A stretch of 63,588 bases of DNA, the filler included, from Bigelowiella natans CCMP2755 (taxonomy: Eukaryota > Protista > Cercozoa): assembly GCA_000320545.1 (NCBI GenBank). It is 6 parts of 6 records of this genome, joined end to end, with 100 filler letters (N's around TTAATTAATTAA, not from the genome) between each part and the next. Parts side by side here need not be neighbours in the genome. Positions count along the whole stretch, not along the records: positions 1 to 31,859 come from ADNK01002061.1; 5 more parts are not named here. One strand, written 5' to 3'. This document shows positions 1 to 11,761 of the stretch, one piece after another. Each line of letters opens with the position of its first letter. Within the stretch, counting starts at the first letter, position 1. Made by a program: the position numbers and the translations under genes. The notes below the pieces were generated by a model that was not told where the DNA came from, did no database searches, and saw only the letters and a list, made by a program, of their open reading frames with translations.

Positions 1-111
1 GTCATTAAATGATAGGAAGCTCACGCTTATGATCGATAGAGGACGGGGGAGGAGGAGGAGGGAGGGGAGGAGGAAAGGGGGCCTCCAATACAACACAGCG
101 GCCTCAACTAC

Positions 112-233
112 ATGTCCTTTGCTCGGAATTATCCTTACCCCCACCCCCACCCTTCGGCGGCAGCTTTAGGCCGGAGCAACTTCGAGAGTAACGCAGCAGC
201 ACTGCGAGTGGGAGGACACGGCGGGGAAGGACC

Positions 234-264
<31 letters not shown>

Positions 265-695
265 CTATTCCACCGCACAGGGGGGGGGGGCACAGCTGCA
301 GACGAGCAAAAGCAAGATGATAAAGCGGCAAATGCGAATAGCGCCGCCACCCCTCACGTAGTCCACAATCACTATTTCGGGGTAGCACCGCCATCACATG
401 CCACCGGGCGTGAAGGAGGGGAGGGGGGGGGGGGGAGACCAGCTGCGCCTGATCGTAGTGACGGTGCGGGTGCCGTGCACAAAGACGGTTCCGCCAAAGC
501 AAAGAATGAGGTCAATGACGATGTCAAGGAGACCGAGAAACTTGGAAGAGGCCCAAGAAGAGACGTCGATGCCTCGGAGTTGAGGAAGTGGATCGGCGTC
601 TATAACTCCAACGGGTGGGGATAACATTGTGCATGTGTATTCTGTCTCTGCACGCGCCAGATTGTGATGATAATGGCGATGATGATGATGGTGAC

Positions 696-726
<31 letters not shown>

Positions 727-1777
727 GTGGTGGTGATAGCACGTTGGGCGTCGGCGTTACTGTGCGCCGAATTAGAGAATATACCAGGAGCGAGATCTCT
801 TCTCCTTCGAGTCTATCGGAGTTGTTTTGGTTGTGGGGGTATTGCGGGTGTTGTTGCTGCTGCTGTCGTTGTTGATGCTGTAGGCGATGTTGGAGTGTGG
901 TGATAGTAAATGTGCACACACAAGTGTCGGTCTTATCGTTCTCAATTCTACGAAGTCGTAATCACTAAGGCTGCCTGTATTTCGTATCGATCTCTCTTTT
1001 TTGCAGAGAGGAGGGGGGGCAAAGCGGCGAGGGCAAAGGTGATAATATGCAGAGGATAGAGAGGATGAATAATTGTTAGTGTTGATGATGATGATGATGA
1101 TGGTGATGGTGTAAATAAACTACTTCGTCACTGGAAGTAACACCATCGAAATTCCGACTTACTCCTCCAAAAACCCCTTTGCCCCAAGAACCAACGCCGT
1201 GCCATCACCCATTACTCATTGAGAAAGTGAGTTCCTCTGATGATGATTACATGACGATGATAAAGGTGAGCATGCCGGAATGACGCTTCGAGACGCTTAT
1301 GAGAAGCATACGACTGGGGCCATCCCGAGAGGTATTAGCGACTATGCGTTGGCTGGCAGCATTTTCAAACAAGAGAGAAAATCGGTGGTTTTCGTTCTGC
1401 GACGAGGCCACAGGACATGGCACGTCGTTGTTGTGTTAGAGATGAATAACCGCGATTTAGAGGGGTACTGCAAGTATTGGAATGGCCACGAGCGAATGCA
1501 TCGATCCTTTGATCGAGCGAGCTCATCGATGTTTTCACTCAAAAAGCCCATCGATATGCTCGCTCTCGAGCTTTCGAGATTATTATTCCTTTCGATTTTT
1601 TTTCTTTTTCTTTTTCCTTTTTGCTTTCCCCTCTAAATGGTTGCAGTGAGAAGAGGAGTTGGGTGACGTATTCTATGCATCTTCGCTCGATTTTTATATG
1701 GCCTTGTACAAAACTGCCTGGCCGGCTGTTTAAGTGTATTGCATGTTATTTAAGTTATTGTATCACGCTTGAAACTT

Positions 1778-1823
<46 letters not shown>

Positions 1824-1951
1824 CTTTGCATCAGCCGACGAGAAGCATCACCAGGACAACGAGACAACGAATAACAGTCTTAGCGGCACCATAAACACAA
1901 GGATCGGTCAGTCATTGTTTTCAGCCTGAAAAAGAGGATTGAATCAAATAC

Positions 1952-1982
<31 letters not shown>

Positions 1983-2268
1983 TACTATTTTGCGGAAAGG
2001 CCGTGTCAAACCTCTCGCACACAGAGAGCATGTTCTCTTCGTAATTGAGCCCTCTGATAGAAGTAATAGTAGAAGTGGAGGTAGTGGTAGTGGACCTAGC
2101 GGTTGCTGCACAAGCCGTCCACAACAGCACAAGAAACGCGGCGCGGCGATCAAGCTAACTTTCCGATTCGTGTGTGTTGTGTTAGGGCTTCGCTACGCCC
2201 CGGACAAGTTGAAGGAGATCCGAAGTAGCCGCAACAAAGAGCCGAGGCTGCGGTCTATGTTCTTGTAG
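112..2268 (+). CDS. Hypothetical multi-exon protein (poly-Q N-terminal region; probably 5' partial)
   Basis: Coding-like ORF 112-624 and a probable terminal exon 2186-2268 (AG|GLRYAPDKLKEIRSSRNKEPRLRSMFL*), followed by a convergent-type spacer. No family recognised. Confidence 0.35.
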
Positions 2269-3341
2269 TAGCAGCACATGTAGAAGAAGAAGAAGAAGAA
2301 GAAGAAGAAGAAGAAGAAGGCGCATGGTAGTACGTGCGTACGTCGAAATAGAAAGCAACGGCACTGTATGATTTCTGTCATAGTAGCATTGTTTTCTTTG
2401 ATTCGAGGACGCTGTGCTAGTGATACATGTGCACCCGCACGCGCCAATCTAGCAATTACAGCAGCACACTACACACTTATGCACTGCTTGCAAATTTGTC
2501 GCCGTCGCGCGTTGTGGTGTAACCTGCGCGGCGCCGCACTGCTGCGATGCTGTATATGCATGTTGCTTGTCGCGCAAAAGCTACATGAATAAGCCTGGAT
2601 TGCAATGAGTCGTATGATACAATGCGCATACGTAGCTAGGCTGGCAGCGCTATGTGCATCTAGCTAGCAGATGTCTAGATCTAGTAGATGTGCTATGGAT
2701 GGGCAATAATTGAACATGGGTCTCAGGCTATATATGATGCAGGCAATGTTCTAGTGTTGGAACAACACATGCGCGTACCGTTAGACATGTGCAACTTAAT
2801 CATCATCTAGAAAGCGTTGCTATTCTGTGATATGTCATTAGCGCTGTTATGTAGTTAAGCTATTGCTACGACAAGCAATATATGGCACACATGAATGCAT
2901 GTAAGTACATGTGAGTGCTGTTGTTTGGCACACGTGTAGCTATAGGTACATGTGAAGTATGTGATATACACATGTAGTAGACGGAATACACGTATAGGGA
3001 CATTAATGTCCATATATTCTTCATTGTGCATGCTTCATGCAGCGCATGATGGCGTCACATTGCACGATCCGACCAGCCACGTATGTGCAGCAATACAATA
3101 AGCCTGTCAGCACACGTAGCGTCCCGCACGATTATCGCGATCGATCGCGCGGTAGCAGGTCATTGCTATTGACGGTGAAAGTCAAAGTATAGGCAGTGTA
3201 TAACTAGAGAAGCTAAGCTAGCTATATTGCATATTATCTGCTGGTTTGATGATGGTGTGGCAAATTGTGCGCAAATAAAATGAACATGTAGGTTGTTGCT
3301 CGTCTATCATAAGTTTTAATAATAATCAACCATTTATGCTG

Positions 3342-4109
3342 CTAAGGCCTCAGTAGATCCACGGTAAATTGAGAGTCGGAGTCACCTCCATTACTATCGT
3401 TGTCATCACCGCCGCTGACGCTACCATACATGTCCTTTTTCTTAGAATTTGATGGGTACAGAATGCCTTCCGCATGGTAAATCTCGTACGCAGCGTACAT
3501 GAGGGCGGCGAGCATTACAGCGGAGCAAGATATCATCTCAATGCGGAGGTCCTTTCCAACCGTCGACTGTGGGGAGAAGATCGAGTTATAAATACGCGTG
3601 AAAACAATCGATCTCAATTGCCGTCATCATCATCATCATCGTCCATGATTACTCCTGCATGTTTTGTCGGCAAAGAACGTCTGTGGTTGATGATGATGGG
3701 GACGACTCGTGATATTCAACTAATTGGCGAGGGGGCACAAGATGCGAGATCGTCACCGCTTCTAAGCCTCTGCGCGACAAGCCTCCATCTCACGATACGT
3801 GTTACATATGTAAATATACCTTACAGGTCTCCTCACACTCAAGATCCGTCATCTCCCCTGTGCAGAAGTTGTTTTCTCGCCAAGTTTTGGTAGCGTTCCC
3901 ACATCGGGATGCGGCGTATTCCTGATAAACACATCGCCGGCAAGTCAGCAACGTCGCGTATTGCTACTTCTACGACGGCAATATGATATGATATGATATG
4001 ATATGATATATATATATACTGGAGGTTGCTCGCTTGTTTTTAAAAGCATCTTCGTCGCAACACAGATGCATTTAAATAGCAGTTCAAATTCACATGTTAA
4101 TATATTATA

Positions 4110-4147
<38 letters not shown>

Positions 4148-4818
4148 TGTGTATATGTACTATGGGGAGAGAGACGGCATCGTAATATTGACGACTATAA
4201 AGGTCATCGTTGAACGTACATTTTCGAACGAGCCCTCCAGCGTCCCAAGGGTTACGTATAAAAACTCAAATATAGCAATCAACACCAGCCCTGCATCGGA
4301 GCGGCAAAAGACGGGGGGAGGGGGGGGGAGGGTGAAAAGAGAATGTTAGTGCATTCGTGTTTATTCAGGTCATATTATGGGTACTCACATAAAACAAAGG
4401 AAGTAGTAGGAAAACACAGTTTCAATACTCTCCGTCACCATCCTTTAACGGGGACAGCTGCAACGATGCCGAGCGAAGGCGGTGGGCGCATGGACGATGT
4501 TACCCGCAACGAGCAACATGCGGAACGCACATGCTGCTCAAAGTGTAAAAAACCCACTCATTGATATTGCTTACCGATCTTGAAAAGGTAGACCAGAATA
4601 TTTCCAAGCCGCACACCGGGGAATGTCCCCACTACACCCCCGAATGAAGCTGACGAAACGGGGCGAACATCAAACGGAATCATCAGCAATGATAATATCG
4701 AAGTGCAAGTGCAAAGCCATCCCGAGTACGGACGTTCAGGAGGGCATGCTTTCAAGTAAATTGCTACTCTGTAGTACCTACAATCAGCAGACTGCACACC
4801 AGATTTAGAAACCAGTCT

Positions 4819-4884
<66 letters not shown>

Positions 4885-4885
4885 T

Positions 4886-4936
<51 letters not shown>

Positions 4937-4974
4937 TGTGAATATAATTGTCGCCATTATCTGGTGTAATACTG

Positions 4975-5009
<35 letters not shown>

Positions 5010-5452
5010 GGCGAGAGCACCTGAGCAACGAATATGATCAGTGACAAAGAAGCCCATAAAGTTAAAATTCCTATTATTCTTATTGTATCCGCAGCATCCT
5101 TCTGATCCAGACCCCAGTTAGTCTTTCGATTGTACTTCATTTGCGCTACTGTTTCGTCGCTTCCTGCATTCCTCGTACCACCCCTCTTCTTATTATTCTT
5201 GCTTCCACTTCTTAAGAGCATCTGCTTGAGATCCTGATGAGACGATGGAGAGCGGATATCTTGCTTCTTAACACCATCACGGTGATGAAAGGAACCGTAG
5301 GAAGAAGACGTCGTGAGACGACGATTGCTTGTACTATTTCTACTCTCGCTTTTGCGGTGTTGATGACGGTTTTTGCCATTTGTTGGTGTAATGGGGTTTG
5401 AGTGGGTGGCGAAGTTCCTACTCTTCGCTTCGCTCTGCCCTCGGTTACTCAT
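3342..5452 (-). CDS. Hypothetical multi-exon membrane protein
   Basis: First exon MSNRGQSEAK...IRIIGILTLWASLSLIIFVAQ and terminal exon ...SCSAVMLAALMYAAYEIY...DLLRP* both carry hydrophobic segments; SSR-filled introns between. Confidence 0.45.
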
Positions 5453-5927
5453 GGTGGAGAACTTATAAGCGTAATTGCAGCATTGAAGGCTCCATAGGAC
5501 CACGCCCCTCTCCTCCTTATGTGCTCTTTCGGAAAGCTGATCTTGCGACAAGGAAAAACCAACATTTATGAAGAAATCGCAACCAATTCATACCCTGCTT
5601 TTATCTCAGAAATCAGGGCCTTTCCGGACGTGATTTTTGAAATTCAGCGCCAAAATGTTAATAAAACCCCAAACGTACCGGTAACATGTGCCGGAAAATG
5701 CTCGCACAAGGAAAAACTTCTCGCGGAAGTTTCGAAGAACAGAGGACTATTTTTGTGAGATAGTAGGGAAATGACCTGCGTTTATGTTAAGAGACTTAAT
5801 TTCAAAAGCCAAATATTCGAACACAGCCATGGATTTTGCTTCATGAACTCGGAAGAGCGGAGGATGTCCGCGAATGCGCAGTGTGGGTTGTTGTTTGCGA
5901 ATAGAAGAATCAGCGAACACAAGGACT

Positions 5928-6000
5928 GTTCCCATAGTGTAAAGGTTTATCACATTGGACTTTGAATCCGAAGATCGCCGTTCGATTCGGCGTGGGAACT
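5928..6000 (+). tRNA. tRNA-Gln(TTG)
   Basis: Acceptor GTTCCCA/TGGGAAC; anticodon arm TTGGA-CTTTGAA-TCCGA; T arm CGCCG-TTCGATT-CGGCG. Confidence 0.93.
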
Positions 6001-6005
6001 GCTTT

Positions 6006-6075
6006 GGCCTCACCAGCGGAACTGGCGCTGTGGCTTCGAACCACGGTTGGGAGGGTTCAACTCCCTCTGGGGCTT
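6006..6075 (+). tRNA. tRNA-Arg(TCG), atypical D-arm
   Basis: Acceptor GGCCTCA/TGGGGCT; anticodon arm CTGTGG-CTTCGAA-CCACGG; T arm GAGGG-TTCAACT-CCCTC; non-standard D region; ~70 nt. Confidence 0.75.
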
Positions 6076-6085
6076 CTTCATCTTC

Positions 6086-6158
6086 GGCTTTATGGTCCAG
6101 TTGGTACGGATACCCCGCTGTCTACGGGGAGACCTCGGTTCAAATCCGAGTAAAGTCG
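6086..6158 (+). tRNA. tRNA-Asp(GTC)
   Basis: Acceptor GGCTTTA/TAAAGTC, G73; anticodon arm CCCCG-CTGTCTA-CGGGG; T arm CTCGG-TTCAAAT-CCGAG. Confidence 0.88.
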
Positions 6159-6159
6159 T

Positions 6160-6232
6160 GTTCCCATGGTGTAAAGGTTTATCACATTGGACTCTGAATC
6201 CGAAGATCGCCGTTCGATTCGGCGTGGGAACT
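6160..6232 (+). tRNA. tRNA-Gln(CTG)
   Basis: Near-identical to 5928-6000; anticodon loop CTCTGAA. Confidence 0.93.
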
Positions 6233-6237
6233 GCTTT

Positions 6238-6307
6238 GGCCTCACCAGCGGAACTGGCGCTGTGGCTTCTAACCACGGTTGGGAGGGTTCAACTCCCTCT
6301 GGGGCTT
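6238..6307 (+). tRNA. tRNA-Arg(TCT), atypical D-arm
   Basis: Identical to 6006-6075 except anticodon loop CTTCTAA. Confidence 0.75.
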
Positions 6308-6317
6308 TAATATTTCA

Positions 6318-6402
6318 GCAAGCTTTCTCTAGTCTGGTCAATGAGGCGGCTCTTAAGAAGCCGTGCCGAGAGGCTTCGAGGGTTCGAATCCCTCAGCTTG
6401 CA
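6318..6402 (+). tRNA. tRNA-Leu(TAA)
   Basis: Acceptor GCAAGCT/AGCTTGC, A73; anticodon arm CGGCT-CTTAAGA-AGCCG; variable arm GCC-GAGA-GGC; T arm GAGGG-TTCGAAT-CCCTC. Confidence 0.88.
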
Positions 6403-6412
6403 TTTTTGTTTT
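6403..6412 (+). terminator. Pol III oligo-T terminator of the tRNA cluster
   Basis: TTTTTGTTTT directly after tRNA-Leu; no run of four or more T seen within the cluster. Confidence 0.7.
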
Positions 6413-7809
6413 GTTGCCTTCTCTTGTGCCTTTTCTAAGTTCATTTGATACTGGTGTTTTTCTTTTGAAGCACAAACAGAGAACACTCATTTTACAAAAA
6501 TAAGACTCATTTGTGGAAGTCTTTCCAGGTCAAAGACATGTCACAACTACAGAACACAAAGGGTATTCTTTCACCGCATATGGTTGTGATTGGAAACTCA
6601 GCGCACATGTGCTAAAATGATGTTAACATGATAATAGACTAACTTATATGTTCTAAAACACTACTCCACATACGACACAGACGATGGCTTCTAGTTGCAT
6701 ATATGCGGCTCTACGGGTCAAATTGGTCTTGCATGCTACCGAACTATCTGAATGATGACATTATCAGCTCACATCCATCTTTTTGCAACATGCTTTCATT
6801 TTCTCTCGTTAGCATCTTCCGAAGCGAGATTACTGCTCACACTGAAGCAGTGTTCAATGAAAACATCATTGATGAGGGCTCTAAGTATTTACATATAAGC
6901 TACACACATCCCCCATAGCTGAAGAAATTTCAAGAATTGAAGATAAATTTTCGATGAAATTTCGACCTGATCCAGTTGATTTATGTTCAAAGAGCCGTTC
7001 GAGCTGTGGGGTGAAAAAAAAGCTACAGGAATAAATTTTTCTTCTCCCCCATAAATAAGGACTCTGATCAAGATAACAAACAACCTTGTAAGAAAGATAA
7101 AAAGTACGTTCTCAAGGAATTTGAAGCTGCTGTCACATTTTTTTCTTTCGCTTTGACGACTGTGACACTTACGATGATGATGACAGAACGGTCGAGAAAT
7201 TGACGATAAAGCTGCAGCTGTCTGAGAAAAGATTACATCAGGGGAATATCTTCGCTTCCGTTTGAATTTCTAATTCTTCTTTCTTTTGATCCGGTTTGTT
7301 GCCGCTTCTGCTACCATCCGATGGAGCCGAGGTTCCGAAGAAGAAGTCAAGAAATTTGCGGACAAAAAAAGAATTGTCGCTTAATGTGAAGCCGCAGATA
7401 TTTCAAATCTGCGACAACAGCATGTCATTGTCGGACAAATATGTAAAATTAACAGCGACATCTGACCGACATTGTCGCAAGAAAAAAATGAATTCAATAT
7501 ACCTTTCGTTTGCTTCCTTCACTGGTCAGTTCGGCATCTAGATAGAATTTATCGAAAACAAAGTCCTGACTTCCCCTGCGACAATGTGAAATGAGTTGTC
7601 GCAGTGATTATGTCCTCAGTATTTCACGGTACGAAAACTTTTCCGGGAGGAAAAAATCTATGCCATACTCCATCCGCTCGTTGCACACCGCGAACACGAA
7701 TCATGGGTAAGAACATCTGCGAGAACGGGGAAGGGAGGGGGAAAGAAAATGAAATTTGAAATGAAGAGAACGTGTGGTATTTGCACGCTGGCCAAACTGT
7801 CCAAAGGAA

Positions 7810-9695
7810 ATGCGCGAGGTGCCACCACGAAACTTCGAAAAGCGCGATCATCATTTCACCACCGCTCTTTCTCGCAACCCAGTCACGCTCCTTCTCGCCG
7901 CGGCTGCAGCCCACTCGAGTACTCTTCCTCAAATGGCTGCCCATTCTTCTTCGAATGGAGCCGGGATCGCGGCGCGGAGATTTGCAGCCGTTTCTCGTTG
8001 CAGAAGAAATTTCCTATTCGATACGACTTTCCGACAACAGCGGGGTATCGTGGGGGCTTACAGTGTACAAGCCGCAGCGTCTCGCTGGACAGCTGTAAAT
8101 GCTCATCGTACGAGAGCAATCTTCCAGAGTGCAAGATTAAGGGGGGGGGCAGCGGCTAGTACCCGTCCAATATGTAATGGCGCGTTATTACTCGTGGATA
8201 TGAAACCCGCTTGCATAACTTTGCACTTTATTTTTTCATTCAATCGGTATTTCTTGTATCTTGTTGTTTACCCTCAGCTACAGAAGGAAAAGCAACCGAG
8301 AAGCCGCAGAGCATTGAAATCGTCTACTTTCCTGTTCAGGTGGGGGAAATGAGGCGACAGCTCAAGCAGTCTAGAATTATGCTGATTATTTTTTAAATGC
8401 CCCTCCTTCAGGCTCGAGCAGAAAACCTGCAAATGATGCTTGAATACGGAAAGGTGATATAAATGTAAAAAATGGCTCCTTGCAATCGATTTTATCATCT
8501 TTTGTCGTCCGTGGTGTTTCGCCAGAATTGCTGATGCGCTGTTGGCAGTAGAAGCGCTTGATGTGTTTCAACTGTTTCGTGCTCTAATCATGTGTTTGAA
8601 GATTGCGTAGAATTGCGTAGTCGCCTCTGGTCCTTTCGTTCCCATTTTCCCCAACAGTGCAGAATGTGTATGTACGCCAGTAGCAGTGATAATGAACGAC
8701 AATTTAGGTTGACTACACGTATACCTACACGGGAGGCTCCGAGTACAGGGGTACTATAAGATCTCCTTTTAACGAGAGCTTGATATTGCACGTTCCCCCA
8801 CCCGTGATATAGGAAACATAGGATTCCCACCAAAGAAAAATAGAGAGGGGGGGGGGTAGCTATGTGCTGACTCTCTACTTTTCCGTATCTTTCCAAAAAT
8901 GCCCCTCCTCAATGGTACTGCTGATTGTAATCGCAGATGATAGGAAGAATCTAAAGTTTCCGTTCAACTCCTTGCCAGTCGTATTTATCACCACCAAATC
9001 CGTAATAGAGAATAACACCCTTCCCTAACCCTCCCCCCCCCCCTTTCCGGTCCCAAAATTAGCATGCGATGTTCAGGATAGCGTAGAATAGGGGAGGGGC
9101 ACCAAATATGGTTTTCCTACTGTTGTTGGGAGCCAGGAAGCTACTTCGTCATTCATCAATCCATGCATTCATCCTCATCATAAAATAATGCTCTTTGTCT
9201 ACTATACATCTTTCAGGGCGAGAAGGTGACCTTGGCCCAGTCAGGAGCCATTACACGCTATTTTGCAGGATTCTGTGGGCTAATGCCTGAGGACCCCATT
9301 CAAGCAGCGATCTGCGACAGCATCTTTGAGCATGCACAGGTGCGCATTATTATCCTTCGAACCTGGAACAGTGCGGGTGCTGTGCATTCTTGAGTATTAT
9401 GTCGTGAATGCTGGTGGAAGATGTTGGTAGCGATGTATCATCTTTCTTTTATTTCTTCTCGAAACTTTCTGCTGTGTTCTTCCCAGGATATGATGAAAAT
9501 CAACCCGCTGGTCAATGTCTTCAGGTCTTTTCTTTCACCTTTTTCCTTCCTCCCCCCCCCCTCCTCCTCGAAATGCGAAACTTTGGTTTTCCTCCCCCTC
9601 TTCCAAAAACGTGTGTGAATGTGGTAATCAGACCGAATTTTGATTGATTTCTTTCTCTTCAAAACACACGTGTACATACGCCATTGTGGTGGGAA

Positions 9696-9734
<39 letters not shown>

Positions 9735-9736
9735 TA

Positions 9737-9786
<50 letters not shown>

Positions 9787-10116
9787 ATGACTAACGTATA
9801 TTATATTTGTGGTTTTACATGTGTGGAATTCAGAGGGGACAAATTTAAGGAGCTCAAAGAAGAATACTTTGCATCTTGGGATGAGAAGGTTAAGTCGTGT
9901 GCGGAGAGGCAGAACGATGCAATGATTTTTCATTATCACTGATCGAGAGCATCCCCCCCCCCCCTTCTTTCGACATAATTCTCTCTCCCTCCCTCCCTTC
10001 CTCCCTCTCCCCCCCTCCCCTCTAGGTGTCCAAGTTTGTTCCACTTCTGGGAAAGGGCCCCTTCTTTGTCAACCGCACGACTCCATCGTAATCCACAAGC
10101 CAGTGCTTATTTCTAC

Positions 10117-10148
<32 letters not shown>

Positions 10149-10394
10149 ACTGTGATGTTAATCTGATGTTGAAGGGATAAAAAGAAACAGAACGAAAAGG
10201 AGGAATAAGTCGGGAATATGAAGAGATTAGCCTTTTTCACTCTTCTCTCCCACTTGCTCTCGATTTCTCTCCTTTTTCAGATATGCGGACTTTCACGTTT
10301 ACCATCTTCTGGATAGTGCACTAAAAGTCAAGCCCGATGTAATATATCAACAGTTGGAATATGCAAACTCTCACCCCCTTCCCCTCCCATACAT

Positions 10395-10437
<43 letters not shown>

Positions 10438-10846
10438 CATGCACATGGACATGCACACATACAGAAGGGCGGGAGGAGGGTTATGTTTATTCGTTCGATA
10501 AAGTAGGCGCGGCATGCATCTGAAATATCTTCGGATTTTCGTAAAACACTGATATATATTGTGTGTGTGCGCGTGTGCGTGATTGATCCTTGAGCAGTGC
10601 CTGAAGTCAAAGACAGAGCTTCTTCAGTTCATGAAGACCGTTGAGAAGACCCCAGGTTCTTGCATCATATTGTCATTTGCCTGTACCTTGTTATCACGAC
10701 ACGTATCATCTCATTCCTTCGCTGCCATTTTTGCAGGGGTCAGTGAGTATCTGAAAGCTCGGCCAAAAGCGATTGGTGTAGGCGAAAAGCCCATGCTTGA
10801 GCCCGCCCCTAAAGTTGGGGACAAGATCGTTCGCAAGTTTTCCTAA
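7810..10846 (+). CDS. Glutathione S-transferase (sigma-like) with ~120-aa N-terminal leader, multi-exon
   Basis: Spliced exons give SIEIVYFPVQ|ARAENLQMMLEYGK, FPFNSLPV, VTLAQSGAITRYFA, YADFHVYHLLD and EYLKARPK. Exon 1 (7810-8158) joins in phase to the acceptor at ~8277. Confidence 0.85.
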
Positions 10847-11761
10847 CGCAGTTTGCTACAGAATCGTGCTGCACAAGTGCGTGTCTTCGTAGCTCAACGC
10901 CAGCGTCTTCTAGCCTTGATCGTATGTAGTGATGACTAGATGAATCTATAAATCCGTGACATCCTGTATGATACTATTGCGCACATTAGATATTAGCGTT
11001 ATTAACATACATGGCATGCTAGCATATATAGACATGCGCACATAGCTAGCAGATAGTGTCACAATAGCTAATAGCCCGCAGCTAGCCAGCACCTTATTTT
11101 ACCTCGCTCGGCTCTTTAACATATCATGCATCGCATCGATCACACATGTTGCAATATGATATACAACATGGCGCCATATATGTATAGTAGCTAGCGCTGC
11201 TATCCTACTCATGCATTGTGCATGCCTACGCTGTCGATCTAGTTGTGCACGTATACACGCCCGCCAGCATGGCCCGCACAGCACGTCATTCTAGCGTTGG
11301 AACGAAAACAAATAAACGCCCTCGCGTCATCATGCTAGCATGCTTGTTACTCATTTTGCACATTATTGCGTGGTACTAGTCTAGCTAGTAGCTAGTAGGT
11401 GTGCATGTCGGCTCTCTTACATCTAGACATGCCACAACTTGCATTGCGAACACCATGCTAGCATGTCCACGATGCATGTTCTAGCGTTTAGGACATGCTC
11501 TAGATGCTGTAGCTTGCGATGCTAGCTTGGTACATGCCAAAGGTAACGCAACATGAATATGCTTTCACAATGCTAGTAGAATGCTCATATGATGTCATTG
11601 GCGTTACCCCAGCTTGCCAGTGGTATCGCAATGTCTGTTGTCATTATAGTACATCTGATGAAGATCGACGTTCCAATTGCTTCTTGAAGGCCTTTGTAAC
11701 ACGTGGAAAGTGTGGCGGGAAAGTGCGGTGGGCTTCGATCGTACCAAACGCGTCAATACAA

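Noticed and set aside
524-919. Poly-Met/Asp/Ser, (CV)n, (YI)n and (HT)n ORFs throughout the window
   Set aside because: Translations of intronic microsatellites.
6006-6075. tRNA-Sec, tRNA-Pyl or suppressor tRNA
   Set aside because: Anticodons are TCG/TCT, not TCA/CTA, and there is no long variable arm.
6700-7320. Possible small minus-strand gene
   Set aside because: Exon-like pieces are present but no consistent gene model could be built.
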